Assembly: GCF_036321535.1 (NCBI RefSeq)
Contig: NC_087437.1
Location: 96,040,001 to 96,104,000 of the forward strand
Reading direction: 5' to 3'
Origin: Camelus dromedarius
Lineage: Eukaryota
Length of the DNA stretch: 64,000 bases
The notes below the pieces were generated by a model. That model did not search any database, had not been told where the DNA came from, and saw nothing but the letters and a program-made list of their open reading frames with translations. This document shows positions 1 through 13,535 of the stretch, piece after piece (within the stretch, counting starts at the first letter, position 1; each line of letters opens with the position of its first letter). A program made the translations under genes and the position numbers.

Positions 1-379
1 TAAAATATTGGGAAAAAAACTCTTCCTTGAAATATTAAAATTACACTTTCAAATGCATAATAGAGTCAAAAACAATTTCCTCCAAGTTATTCAAAACAGT
101 GTACTAACAAATCTCAATATTAAAACTAATGGGTTGCAATCAAAATAAATCAGCAAATAACAGTAATTAAAGCAAAGATGAAATATAGTACCAGAAATTC
201 ACAGCAGTATAATTAGCCGTTTTGTCCTGCCTTAAGAAGGTTTCTAAGATAATTAGCACGGCACATCCTAAAGTTTTATTGATCTGGTTAAATTTACTAC
301 TAACCAGTGCTCAGCAAATATATAATTTTCAGCAATAAACAAATATTAATGTGCTTGTTCTATTTTGATCTCTGCTTTA

Positions 380-860
380 ATTTTTTTGCATTGTAATGCT
401 TTATTTAATACATAAATGATATTATGTGTAAGTTATAAAGAATAATAATATGAAGAATTACATTGAACCCACTACATAACTCCCCTAAATGGACTATGTC
501 CTACAATTTCCATCTCCTTTGTGCCATTTTTTTCTCACAGCGCCCTTCGAGATAATCACTATTCTACATTCTGTGTTCACCACTCCCTAGATTTTCTAGT
601 TTCATCATGTGAGTGTATTGCTGGGTTTTGTTTGAGTTCTATAGTTGTATATAATATTGTAAGTCATCCCCCAGGACTTGCTGTTTTGTCCTGATGTATC
701 TTCATGTATCCCTGTTGTCATGTTGACCACAGTTCATTTCTTTTTACTGCGACATTGTCTCTAATTGTATGAATGTACCCCAGTTTGTTTATTTATTTGT
801 TTGTCAATGTGATTTTGAATTTTTTCAAGTTTTGGAGGGATGTGTCATACTCTCTCTATT
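380..860 (-). mobile_element. Old L1 (L1M/L1ME-like) 3' fragment
   Basis: Decayed L1 3' motifs (aaccactattcta-like, cagttcatttctttttactgc, gtatgaatgtaccccagtttgtttat). Confidence 0.6.
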
Positions 861-939
861 TTTATCCTCACAAACACTGCTTCTATGTTCTCTAGTGTCT
901 ATGTATAAACTGTTCATTAAGTGTCTATTTCCTCTTTAT

Positions 940-1660
940 ACTGGGCACACAGTTAAATAAGCATGTAACAGTTCTGGCCAATGATATGTGAGACAAAGTA
1001 TTTTACATTTAGGAGACAGCTTTCAAGAAGTATGTTTGCCCTTTCCATGTTCTCGTTCCCCTTCCACCAACTGATCACAGAAAATAGAGGCTTTAGAAGA
1101 TGGGGAGGTTCACAAGCTCAGTCCCCAGGGTGAAATTTGAAACTGGACCCTATACACAGAGGGCAAGGAGAGACCAAAGGAAGAGGCAGACCAGGCCATA
1201 TTGGTGGGTTGCAGATTTAATAAGCAAAGGAGCTTACATAGGAGGCTTGTCTTGAGCAGACACAAGAGTAGATCTCCCCACCATACCCTACTCCCTGCCA
1301 GAATCTTAAAAGCTTATATAGAGGACTTAACAGGGTTCAGTCAAGATGGTCTCAACAACACCTTAGTCTCTCAAGTTTGCATCCTTGAAATGGCTCCTAG
1401 TGATGGAAGGTTGAGTAGAGCATACATTCCAAGGACAGGGGATGGGTAGGGAGCCTCTCTGATTGCCAGGATCCAGCTCTTGGATCAACTGGCAGTCACA
1501 TCCTCTCAACAACCGACAGTCTGAATGGTCATGCAGCACCCTCAGGGCAAGTGCTACATATTTGAATTATTATTTGAATGAGAAATAAACTTCTAGATTA
1601 TTAAGCCCATTTATACATTTTGTAATGTGCTTGTTAAAACTGTCAGTAGCCCTCTAACTC
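940..1660 (+). mobile_element. MaLR MLT1-type LTR split by a second LTR
   Basis: ttctggccaatgatatgtgag near the 5' end and gaaataaacttc...aagcc...ttgtta near the 3' end are typical MLT1 motifs. Confidence 0.6.
1130..1518 (-). mobile_element. ERV-type LTR nested in MLT1
   Basis: Less diverged, LTR-like block (gcagatttaataagcaaagg...aaagcttatatagagg) interrupting the MLT1; ends approximate. Confidence 0.5.
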
Positions 1661-1912
1661 AGTGTTTCACTGAGCAAAATGTTTCCACTACCACGCTCCC
1701 CAAGGAAGCATTTGACAATGTCTGTCAGAGCAGGGACCAGAGGAAGGTGAGGTATGACCTGAGAGGGCATGACTACCGACACCCTAAGCACCTCACTCCC
1801 AAAGCAGGTTGCTGCTGGAATCTAGTAAGTAAGGACCAGGGATGCTACTAAATCCCACAGTGCAGCCCCTGCCACAAAGTATCAATAGTGCCAAAATTGA
1901 CAAAACCTGTTC
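1660..1912 (+). mobile_element. MER20/MER20B-like hAT-Charlie element
   Basis: catttgacaatgtctg, ctgctggaatctagt...ccagggatgct, tcaatagtgccaa...aaacctg. Confidence 0.6.
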
Positions 1913-3699
1913 TAATTAATACAAGCAAATAACAAATAAAAACTTAATAAATGATAGCAACCCTAAGGTAGCTTAAAATCTACACTTTACTAAATTTCTT
2001 CTCTAAAATTTCGTATTTCATCCAATAGTACAATAATCCAAATTCACAATATTAAGTAAAGACTGTGTCTTAAATGTGTGGCTTTCCACTTTTCAAATTA
2101 GGCAGATGCTCTTATAAAGTTTAAAATGCAAATGCACTGGAAAATATGACTCTATTTTTAAGAATGTTTTGAGAGATATATGTATATATATGTATGTGTG
2201 TGTGTATATAAAATTTCACCAATCAGATCAGGTACTGAAATATAAATGCTAATCTTTGGTAATCCATAAAATGCTGTGATGTGAAGAAATATATTGGATT
2301 ATTCTACTAGGAAAATTAAAATGGACAAAGCATGACATAAAAGGTAAAAACAACTTGCTATCCTAATCTGCCCGTATTTTGCCATGTGCCTCCAACATGT
2401 CATTCTAACATGAAGTCCTGGGTCAGCTAAGCTTCAGGGTTGCTGTCTGCCCAAACAGTAATCCGATTTATTAATTTTCCTGGCTGGCCTAAGTGTTTGG
2501 CTCCAAATCAGGTTCTCTTCCTGGTTTTGTGCATCCATCGCTACACTTGCTTGGCCAGTTCCCATTTCATATTTATTATCTCCAGAGGCTCCAAAGGGAG
2601 ACAAGACAAGACAGCAAAGCAGAAACTCTGGGTTCCAATGTGATTTTTACCATTTTCTAAAATCAAGACCTTGAATGAGAAAAAAACCTTCTTGTGATAT
2701 ATTTTCCTGTCTGTAATTTGATGATAATAGGATCATGTGAGGGACAAAAAGAAGTAATATATGTGAAACACTTAGACCCATACCTGGAATGTAGTAAACA
2801 CTTTTTTTAAAAGTCAGCTTGATTATAACGGTCTTTATTGCTTTCCTTGCTCTCGTGTTTTGGGATTTTCTTATTCCTGTCTGTATGCCTGCTTGATTTA
2901 TTTTTCACTGATCAGTTTGCTTTCTAGTCATCCTCTATATGAATATCTGCTCTGTCTTTGGTTTGCTCTTGTGTCGTACGATAGATTCATCAAGCAAATG
3001 TTGCCTGGTTGCCTAATATGTTCTCCTCTGGTTAAGGCAGTGAACAAAACAGACAAACCTCCTTGCCGTCATAGAACTTGCCATAGAATGTGCTCCACTC
3101 ATATCTTGACTCATGACATGATTGCTGGACTCTTGATTTCTTCCCCATGGCTGATCTGATTTTCTTACTGGAACTCTTAACTTTAGTGAGTTCTTTAGCT
3201 AGCCTCACTATGCCTTCTAACCTTCTCTGCTATAAACTGATGAGAAGAGCTGACCGAGTCTGGACATTGGTTCTAGTTCCATGAGTTGCAAAAATTACCG
3301 CATGGAAATGAAAACCAAGGAAGTGCTGTGTAGCCATTTGCCTGATACACGAGACAGATTTACTTGGTGTCTTCTCACCAGAGTTGGTGCAGATAAAAAG
3401 TACTAGAGATAGAAGACCACATGAAATGACCAAAACCTATCCAGAGGAAATTTTAGCATGTAAGTCTAAGCACTGTCAATTACTGGGATCAAAATAAGGA
3501 CCTTTTGTATGCTGTTGGACATAGGGTACTTGGAAACCTTTTTGTCATCCATAGATGTACTAAAGGTATCCCTAGTCTTCTGACTTTGTTTCTGTACGAT
3601 ATTGTTGTCCAGGATCGCAGTAAAAAATGCCATTTTTAATTATATTTTTGGTGACTATATTAAAGGTAAAAATGGGCTGGATAGAATGTATGTCAGATA

Positions 3700-6600
3700 A
3701 AAATGCATGAATGAGCATTATTACGACTAGTAGAAGGTGGAAATCTTCTATTACTGTGCAGCTACGTAAGAGTTCATTTTATTTCCTAGCTTATGTTTTA
3801 TGTCTTTTAATGTTTTAATTTTGAAAAATACCCTAGGAAAATTACACAATGGTTTTTAAAAATGAATAATCATACACTTTCTACATCATGAATATAGAGC
3901 CTTAAAGTTATCTTTGAAGCAAGCAGAAGTCCTTTAATTTGCCACCGACTAATGCCATATGCCTTTTCAAGACACAGGGGAGGGATTAACACTGTGTAGG
4001 GACATGTAAACAGAGAAAATCAGTCACAGGTGCTAGGGCATAATAATGATTGCCTTCCTATGAAATCATAATCCTGATGTTCCTCAGATAGGAAATAAGG
4101 TTCCTCTTGGGAACATAAAATCAAGTTTTGTAACAGTTACAGGCTATTTTTCAAATGAGTCGATGAAGGAAGACCCATGAATGAATCCATGATTCCTATC
4201 AAAACAGTTGTGTTATGTTATAAGGGTACCGAGCACAGAAACCTAGTCCGTGAAACTTCTGAATTTTGACAGTAATGAGAAAGTGAAATAATAACTCAGT
4301 TATGAACAACGGCAGTTTTTCATTTGTTTGCTCCTAATATGAACACTACGTATATTTTCTGTCATATTTCTATAAATATTAGCATATTTCAAAATAGCTA
4401 TTTTAGTTTATATGTGGAAATTACTCTCTAATTTCTAAGGGCTCAAAACTAGTAATATTTAATAGTGTTACATTATCTAATTGAGTTGCAGTACTTTGTA
4501 ATCTCACATATGTGAAATTTATGTACGCCAAGGATTAGACTAACTTACCTCCCTTGATCCAACTAGTTCAACAATGACTTTTATTAGTTATTTATGCAGT
4601 GAATGAATGCACTACGGGAAGAGTTTGGTCATGTTAGAGAACTTATGAGCCGAATGACTGTCTAAGATATGACATGGGAATCTCTTGCCCTGTCAATTAC
4701 AGAAATTGTTTTTAAATTATACTGTAGACTGGAACCGGCCTTACAGAGAGCAGTAAAGACACTTTCTAAGCATCAGAGGCCACTAACTCTGGATTATGTG
4801 ATTTAGCTTTTAGTAAAATCAGACATAAAGAGGTAGTACAACCAAAGCTGTTTTTCATCCCATACAGAAAACCATACGAATTTCATCTGGTTTTGGATAT
4901 TCATGTGAAATTTGAGCAACCTAGGTTACATACAAGCCTATAAATCTATCTTTGAAATAAGAGTTTCAATATTTTATTACAAGGACGTGTGAAATTCTAG
5001 AACCTTGTCCATCTAGGGCCTGAATTTGGCTCATTGTGGAACTTTTAAAAGCACCCTGTCCGAACTACCCTTGGTTGAACTACCCTTCTCCACCAACTGA
5101 AAATTATGGATGCAGCATTTAAGAATGCTTCAGGAACAAGCTATGTTTAGTCAGTGCTCCTGTAATTCCTTTAAAGCACTCAAATTTTCCAATTTTTTAA
5201 CTGAAAATATACAAATTTTTTTTTTACATTGAGTTTCTCTTTCATTATTTTACTAACTTGGCAAGAAAAAGGATGGAAGGGTTCTTCGGGTTAGTGAAGC
5301 TTCTCTTCTCAAGTGGAAAATGGGGTGTAGGCTGTTGTCAATAAAGTATGAGAGACTGGAGTCAATCAAAGACAGCAGCTGAAGCCAATAACGTAGTTTA
5401 AAATAGACTCAAACTACTATGCCTGCCTTTCATTGCTTTTGATTTGTCTCAACAAAATTTGCATTTAAACATGGTAAGATTAGCTTGCTTTGCTACACTT
5501 CATATAAAAAATACTTCTTTCCTTGCACAAAGGAAGTTTAATGTCTTTTCTGACTTTAATTTCCATTAGACTGAATTACTACTGTGTCTGTTGGTGTTTT
5601 GCATAAACATTCAGTAGTTACGGTACAAAAATGTATGTGTGTGGTCATCCTAAATAAAAAGTAAATATTTGTTTCAAAAATAGTAGTTTAATTTGTGTTA
5701 AATATTTATCTCTCATCTACAGCAGCCAGATGTAACCTAGGGTTAGTTTCTACCCTGCATTTAAATTTTAATTAGCATGCTTCCTTTAATGCCCGATTGT
5801 CCACAAAAGACAATGCACCTTGCAATTTAAAATATTAATTTAGACCACATTTACTGTAGATTTATATGCTAACGTTTTACTATTAAGCCATTTCAAAGCA
5901 ACAATATTGACGTGTCAATATAGTTTACATGAAAGAAAATGTTTTCAAAGTGAGGCTATTTAGCTCTCTCTTAATAAAATGATCACTTCTTAGATTTAAA
6001 AGTTTTCTTAAAGAATTAGGAAGTGTCCATGATAACAACATAGCAATATTCTTCTATTAGAAAATAGTCAATGAGTCAATGTGTATATGATAAAGAAACT
6101 AAAGCAGATCAGTACTGGTAAGTTTTACAACGTCAAACTGTCTAACTATAGACTAACTGGAGGAAGAACAAGTATTCAAATTGATCGTGTGCTAGAACTA
6201 TGTATTTCAATGTTAAGTTTTTATAATCTTCAATTTCAATTTTCCTTAATAATATTTGAGATGTCATCTTTTCTTGAAATTGCCTAAACATGTTTTTGAA
6301 TGTTAAACTGATTCTAAATTTATTAGGATAAAATCAAGACTTATGTAAATTACATGAAGCAGAATGGCAAATGTTAAGCCAGTCACTGACGTTTCCACTT
6401 GCAGAAGAGGAGGGATGAGGGGGTAAGGGAGGACATCTAGTTTGACTCTATGTGGCTGAAAGCCGCTAAGATAATCGGCAACTTTCCTGTTGTAGTGCCC
6501 GGGCTGGGTCTCCAGTAAGTTCATTTAAATCATCCCACACAGTGAAGTTTATCCATTTATAACACACTTAAATCTGGGAAATCCTCAGCTCCATGCCATG

Positions 6601-6857
6601 AACAGCAGGTCAACTGAAAATCACATCGGAAATTCAAAATAAACAAGGAAAAGACCAGTCAATCTTAAGCTTGTTAAGTGCCTTTTTATTGATTGTATTT
6701 AATTCCTTCAGCGTGAATCCAAAGGACAAAAACTGGTCCTGTGGCTTTTCCTCTTTCATTATCCCAAACAAGAAAGGAAGGATCGGATCAGATAGAGAAC
6801 AGGAACATAAAATAGCTGTTTCTGCAAAAATGATCACCTTCCTCATAGCTTCATAAT
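3700..6857 (-). other. Putative 3'UTR / repeat-poor constrained tract with candidate AATAAA signals
   Basis: About 3 kb almost free of recognisable repeats; minus-strand AATAAA at 6685-6690, 4973-4978, 4580-4585 and 3778-3783. Confidence 0.35.
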
Positions 6858-7050
6858 TTACTCCCAGTCCATAAGGTCCTCAGTTCCAGTGATTGGGATG
6901 ATGGATGACTCCACTTCGGCTACAACCGGCGACCGTGCTGCAATGTATCTCTCCGCAGGATGTACAATAGAACAAACGAACCAGCAGGATGGAGTGGCAC
7001 GCGGGAGTGCCAGGGGAATTCTCTTCAGTGGAAGAGTAGATAGTGATTCC
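6858..7050 (-). CDS. Putative terminal coding exon of an unidentified minus-strand gene (ESLSTLPLKRIPLALPRATPSCWFVCSIVHPAERYIAARSPVVAEVESSIIPITGTEDLMDWE*)
   Basis: Acceptor tattttacataattccag|G at 7051/7050; 63 open codons to TAA at 6858-6860; 8 CpGs within 6917-7003 in a CpG-depleted background; non-repetitive; followed by UTR-like sequence. Frame and coding status unverified. Confidence 0.4.
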
Positions 7051-7998
7051 CTGGAATTATGTAAAATACAGCTTGTAAATATTGCTCCCATTGTGGACAC
7101 GTGCATGTGCAACTTGACAGAAAAGGGCAACACTGGCATAAAAGAATGCAAAAATATTTTCCACTTCAGTGCCCGTGTTTTTTCACATGGCCAGATTTTG
7201 CATTAAACAAAGCTCCCGCTCCATGCTTAGTGAATTGTTAAGAAGGTAAATATATATATATATATTTGAGGACAGAGGGAAACCACTTATGGTTTTATCA
7301 TTGATACTTAGTTTATTCCGAAGCTTGTAATTCAATACTAAAGTAATGCTAAACTGCTTGATAATACTTGCTTAGATCATATTTTTAGGATCACCTCCGT
7401 ATCTCTTTATAAGTCAATACTAAATTTTAACTGAAAAAATTAGGATGTGAAACAATAACCAGCAAATTAACAAAAGAGACTTGAATTTCCAGACTATTCA
7501 GGCGGATGTGTTCACATCCATCCTTGTCCTGTGCAGCTTGCATAGGAATGAAAAATTCTAACTAACCATACTTCACACATTCTCCCACAATCTAACAGAA
7601 TCTAAAACAGAATGAGGCTAAATGTTTATGTTCTGAAAGGACTTTAAGAGCTAAGACCTCTCATCAGCAAGGAGTAAGAGTGATTGTTAGCAGTTCGTCG
7701 AGTTGCTCGCAACTAGCAAGAAAAACTCCTTGGCCACTCTTACAGTCAACTTCCAAACTGCTTTTGCCAGATTCTTCTTTGTCTTTTTCATTTGAAAACT
7801 TCTGTTCCACAGGCGGATGTTTGGCAGCGTGTCTGTTTGTTTTTAATTTTTATGCAAGTAACCTTCTCTTCTACCTCCATACTAGCAGTGCCGGGGCAAA
7901 AATGAAGTCAAACTCACAAAAAGTAGCGTACCAGAATTCCAGGTACCCAGCTCCATACAGTCCTGCCACATTTCATTTATCTAGCCATAAAATAGACT

Positions 7999-8033
7999 GT
8001 GTGTGTGTGTGTCTGTGTGTGTGTGTGTGTGTG
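7999..8033 (+). repeat. (TG)n microsatellite
   Basis: Interrupted TG run seen directly. Confidence 0.95.
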
Positions 8034-8375
8034 GCGGGGGGGCGGGGTGTTAGGAATGGGAGATAATCCATAATTTTACTTAAAGTGATTGACCCTCATG
8101 ACAGATGCAGTGACCTTTATAAGATAATGAAACCAAGACATGGATTTCATATTTTACCTATTGAAATAATTTAATTTTTTAAAAAACTTTTGTGGGTTTT
8201 TAACTTTTTTTTTTTGCTCGGAAAAAAGTGACACTGAAGGAGAGATGTTAATCATAAAATTATATTTGGTTTATCTTTTATTCTCAGGAAAGAGATTTGA
8301 AACAACACTTCTGCTTGAGAATGTGCACTAGAACTCTTTGCTTCAGCTTCTCAGAACATAAAACTACACACTAAA

Positions 8376-9200
8376 CTAGTGTTTCCCATTGTGTGCTATT
8401 GTTAGGTAGTTAGATAAGTGGGGGCACCGGGCAGACAGGTGGAGCAGAAGGAGGTTGTTCCGGACGATGGTGTTACACCTGCCTCCAGCATGAAGGGACT
8501 TCACTTCTTCTAAATGAGTGCCAGCAAGAAACTGATTAGAACCCAACAGCCACGACTGCATGGTAGCAGAAAGGATTTAACCAGATATGACCCAATACTC
8601 ATTGTATTATAATTAACATTGCAGTTTAGCACCCCCCGCCATGGGCTTTTCTGTGTACACCATGGATAAGGACATGCACAAAAGGGTCAAGCATGACTTA
8701 GCACTCCAGGGACAAGAGCATCAATCAATCAAGAGACCACCTCTAAGCGAGGGTGTAAGAGAAAGGGGAGGCAGACACCACTGCTCTTCCTCCCTTGGAT
8801 CAGCTCACTTCCTGTTCTCAGAGGTGTACTTTTGTAATAAATCTTGTAAACTCCTTTGCTACAGAATGCACCGTCTTCCTGCTGTAAACTTATCTTTCGG
8901 GTATGGCAAGAACTGAGGTCTTTACCTTTTGGGGTAATACTATAAACTGCTATTATTTGCTTTAAAAAAGTGTTCTATGATCAAAAAGTTTGGGAAACAC
9001 TTGATAAAACAAAGCTAAATAGGTATCTTTACTGTCCACTTTCACAGAGCCTTTCATATGCTCACATGCATCGTAAATATCAAGAAATGGATATTGGATG
9101 CAATTTTTCTCAGGTATATTTGAAAACATTTGTTTTTGTTTAAAACCTATTAATATCCTGAGAAATTTACATTATACAAAGCATATCTTGAAAAAATGCT
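8376..9200 (+). mobile_element. MER103C-like hAT element split by the solo LTR at 8400-8939
   Basis: agtgtttccca before the LTR; aagtttgggaaacac...acaaagctaaataggt...cagagcctttcatatgct after it. Confidence 0.6.
8400..8939 (+). mobile_element. Solo ERV1-class LTR (540 bp)
   Basis: Starts TGTTA, ends TAATA (degenerate TAACA); 4-bp TSD CTAT at 8396-8399 and 8940-8943; internal AATAAA. Confidence 0.8.
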
Positions 9201-9649
9201 ACTTGAATGTTGCATTCATAAGCACAACCGATCATTGATCTTGTATTTTAATCATCATTGTCCATCTTCTGATACAATGCAATGCTACAAACAGTGCAAA
9301 AACTCTCCAATTATGTGTTACATTTTCTTTTCCTTCTGCTATTTAATAGAGTTAGAACCTTGTCTATGTAATCTATTTCTTTATCTGCAAAACTTCTAAA
9401 TAGGCTGATGACCCTTGGTGACTAAAATGACCTACCTTGAAGGAACTAACTCCTCTATGATATAGCTGTGGGGATTATGTTTTATAATCTACAACTCTGG
9501 ATCATTTCCTGCCCACTTTCTAAGAGAGATTCTTCCCATTATCAACTGTAAAAATACATGCAGTTTTGAGCTTTAATTTAAATTGATGATTATTAAAATT
9601 CACCTTCCCCTTTTCATTTGACATTCAGAGACTCAAAGTCAGTGAAGGA

Positions 9650-9810
9650 AGGGGACATATTGTAGTGAAAATAGCATTAAACTGAAAATCAAGGGACCAG
9701 AGTTTAACACTAATGACAGTATAACCCTGGGCAAGTCAGTTTCAGGGCCTCAGTTTCACATATGTAAGATGCAGAGTGTGGATTCATATATGAGAATCTT
9801 TCATTCTGAA
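9650..9810 (+). mobile_element. MIR SINE
   Basis: accctgggcaagtcagtt...gcctcagtttc core motif. Confidence 0.65.
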
Positions 9811-11969
9811 CATGCAATGGGAAACCAAATCTTAATAAGTATTAAATTACGGTGGCTCTTTCTTGCACGTATGAGCCATTGCAACTGGAAGTCATTGAAA
9901 ACTAAAATTGTATTTTGTTTTTAACTTTTACTTAAAATATAGAAACGGAAATAGACTATGATATTATAAGTCTGTTTAGTAAAACCTTGTACAATCAAGG
10001 CAACTTTTCTACCCTACTTCTGTAGTCAAAATTTTATAGATAAAAATATGCGTTGTTTATTACAAATTGGGTTAAGATCAGAGACTTTTGCTTTTAGCAT
10101 AACTATTAGTCTATAGGCTCTTTTCTCAAAAGCAGTCTTTAGTCTAATAGATTCAGAATTGAATTGCATATCTTTCAACTCATCAATCTACCAACACAAA
10201 GCTTTTTTAGTGCCTTTCTGTTTCAAGAAGAATGTGTACCTACTTGTTAGAAATCTTGGCACCATTTCTCTTCTGTATGTAGAAGATATAATAGCTTGAC
10301 ATTAAAAGAACTTAGCTTCAACAAAATATACCCATTAAGTGTCACAGCCAATTCTTCTTGGCAAAGAAAAAAAAGGTATGAAAAGAGAAAACTGTAAGTT
10401 CGTGAGGAGAACACAAATTAAGCCTTTTAAAATTCCTTTGGTTTAACAACCTATGTTTCATCCATTGTTCAGTAAAAGACATTCATTACATTTTTTATGA
10501 TCCGTTGCTATAAAATTTTTTTTATTTTAAATGTTTTAAGTGTGTCAGTTTTACCCTTCCAACATACATGTGAAACGCTTTATACTATTAAAATATTTTA
10601 AGGGAAAACATGACCTTGAATGTTTTTGAAACTGTACTACAAAATTTGTACTTTAGGAAGTATTATGACCAAAAAAATAAGATTAAAATGTTTGCAACTT
10701 CCAGGACTTATGAAGGAAGGTTTAGAGCAACTCTAAGTGTAGAAACAAACGTATTTCTTCCTGAAAAGGGTAGAAAGTATTTTACTTAATTGGTGGGGTA
10801 GAAACACATACCTTTCATTTTGAAAACGGAGGACAAATGTTTTACTTAATTTGTTGGAGCACGATAGTGTGGATGTGTGGATCTGTTCAGGTTCTTGTTT
10901 ATCATTTCACTTCTACCTCATTGAGGCACAATTACCAGGATTAGAGGCTATAGTAAGCTTGCTGAAGATGATAGGTATTTAGTTATTGCTTTAGGGCACG
11001 CAGATGGACTCCCCAGAGCCGTGAAACACTGAGCCTCATTCTACCTGCAGGCACCAAGGCAGGTGTGCAGCGCTGATGGGGCAGCTCCAAATGGAACATA
11101 CCACAGGTGATGCTAATTAAGGAAGCCCGGGGACTCTGAAGGAGCACACAGTTTATTGCTGATGGTGGAGTGCCAAAGGTTAGTGAAAAGCTGGATTGTC
11201 TGCTGGCCCAGGGAAGATAAGAATACAAAGGGCACAGAAATGGATTTGAATACAGGCACTTATCCAAGTGCCTTTTAAACTACAGAATGCTGCATATAAC
11301 GGTGTGCTTTTAGCAGTAAAATTAGGAGTCCTTGTATGAATGTACTAATTCATTAACATCAATTTGTGTCACATTTAAGTAGGCTCATTTTTTTTTTGTC
11401 ATGAAGAGGGAGCATCAAGAAAACATTAAACCAACCTCAAATGAGCTATGATTAAAATGAAAATCAGATGTATCATGCCATTTTAATAAGTAGTTTTATA
11501 TAGTGCAATTTTACCGCCACATGAAGAAAAATTATTTTAATTTTGATAACATATGAATTGAATAAATCTCCATCTTCCCCAGATTTACCAGTTATTTTTA
11601 AAATATATTTATTTGGAGAATGATCACTCCATTCCACAGAACAATGGAATTGCATTTTTATTGGCATTATCATCAAATGGTTAATTCTAATAATGATAAA
11701 TCAGAATTAATTCAGGTTGAATTTATTACAGATAATTTTAAATTTTATATATGCCTCATTATTAGATATATTTCCTTTTTAATTAATGTAGCTAGGAAAA
11801 AATATTGCCTAAAGGACAATGAGTCTTTAAAATAAGGAAGACATATAACGTGAATATTACAGATTTCAGCATGTTTCACCATAGAGCAGCTAGTTGATGA
11901 TGAACTGTATATAGTCACCTAAAGTGTAGGTGGCAATATAATTGATCATTATAAAATTTAATTAGAGTA

Positions 11970-13070
11970 AAGTGTGTTTTTGTTATCTTCTGTTGCTCAA
12001 CAAACTACCCTAATATTTAATGGCTTAAAATCAGTACTGTTTTTATTTGCTCAAGATTCTGTGGGTCGGGAATTCAGGAAGTGGCTGTACTTGACCAGGC
12101 AGGTTTTATTTTTCTATTTCTTATGGCATTTCCTAGGATTACTCATTTGACTGCATCCAGCTGGGTTATCAGCTATAAATTCAGTTCCATGGGGGCGAGC
12201 GGGAACTGGAATTGTAATAGGGAAGAACAAATCTGACTCCATTTTAGATCTGTTCCTTTAGTTCTAACCCTGGGCTCTATTTCCTGGGCTTAGTCATGCT
12301 GATTCTGCACCTTTTGTAAAAGAATGTTGCCTATAGCCTGAAATATACAGGATACAGCCTGAAATGTACAAGATAGCCCATCCTCAAGTCTCTGACCTTT
12401 AAGGGTATAAAACTTTTCCATTCATATGGAGATAAAAAGTTGCAGAACGAAGAATAACATTTGTCCTGTTGGGAGGTTTGCAGGAACATTATGACCTAAA
12501 CTACACAGAATCCCGCAAGAACTAAGGATTCTGACACCAAGAAGTTTGCAACAACTAAACACACCCCCTCCCCTTTTTAGTATAAAAGGAGTCTTAATTT
12601 TGACATGGGGAAGATGGTTCTCCAAGACATTAGTCTGCCATCCTCTGGGTCTGCTGGCTTTCTGAGTGAAGTTATTATTCCTTGACCCAACACCTTATCT
12701 CCCAATTAACTGGCCTGTCGTGTGGCGAGCAGAACAAATCTGGACTTAGTAACAGAATGTCCAGGTGGATTTATTCACCTGTATGGTATCTCAGCTGGGG
12801 GCTGCCTGGATATATATCTCTTTCTCTCTCCATGTCATCTTTCCAGTAGAAAAGTCTTTGCCTGGCAGATAAGGACTCAAAGAGAGGAACTGGTGGCTGC
12901 ACATGAGGCTTGGCCTCAGCGGTTACAGTAGCATTTCCACCACATTCTCTTGGTCAAAGCCAGTTCACTACTCATCTAGACTCAAGGGACAGAAAAAATA
13001 GACTCAAGCTTGATGTGGGAGTAGAAAGGGAGCTACTACTGTGGCCCTCTTTAGAAACACAATCTAATTC
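11970..13070 (-). mobile_element. MLT1-type MaLR LTR split by a solo ERV LTR
   Basis: aacaaactaccc...atggcttaaaa, attctgtgggtcgggaattcagg, ttccaccacattctcttggtcaaagc. Confidence 0.7.
12213..12754 (+). mobile_element. Solo ERV1-class LTR (542 bp)
   Basis: TGTAA...TAACA termini; 4-bp TSD GAAT at 12209-12212 and 12755-12758; internal TATAAAA. Confidence 0.85.
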
Positions 13071-13527
13071 AGTTTACTATCTTTTGGTTTGCTATCCAAA
13101 AATACCATATATTTTATAGAATAGCATCTTAAATTATATTAGACCTTACAGAAATTACCTACAAAAGAGAGGTGAGCAAGATTTTGAAATAATTCCTTGG
13201 TAAATATATAAATTTGAAATCATTATGAAAAATAGTGAAATAGGAAATCAGAATCTGTACCCTCCATGCCCTGAGAGATCCATTTCAACAAGAAGCATGT
13301 GTTCACCACTATGAAACTCAACCTCAGTGCACCTGGCCTCTCAAAGAAATCTAAACTGGAATGAATGAGATAAACTGTTACGTGTGAGAATTTTTACCCC
13401 ACTTACGAATGGCTTTTATTTAGAAACAAACTCCTAACATCTTGCCAAGCCATATTATGGCCTTGCTCATGGCACTGGAGAGTGGTCACTTCAAGGATTT
13501 TCCAGCCAGGTATCATTGAAATCATGG

Positions 13528-13535
13528 TGACGTCA
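13528..13535. promoter_or_regulatory. Full CRE palindrome TGACGTCA
   Basis: Exact motif with intact CpG in unique sequence; function not shown. Confidence 0.25.

Noticed and set aside
6889..7206. 105-aa plus-strand ORF
   Set aside because: Non-ATG start, no recognisable homology, and antisense to the better supported minus-strand exon candidate
7680..8066. 128-aa plus-strand ORF
   Set aside because: GTG start, runs through a TG microsatellite, no domain resemblance
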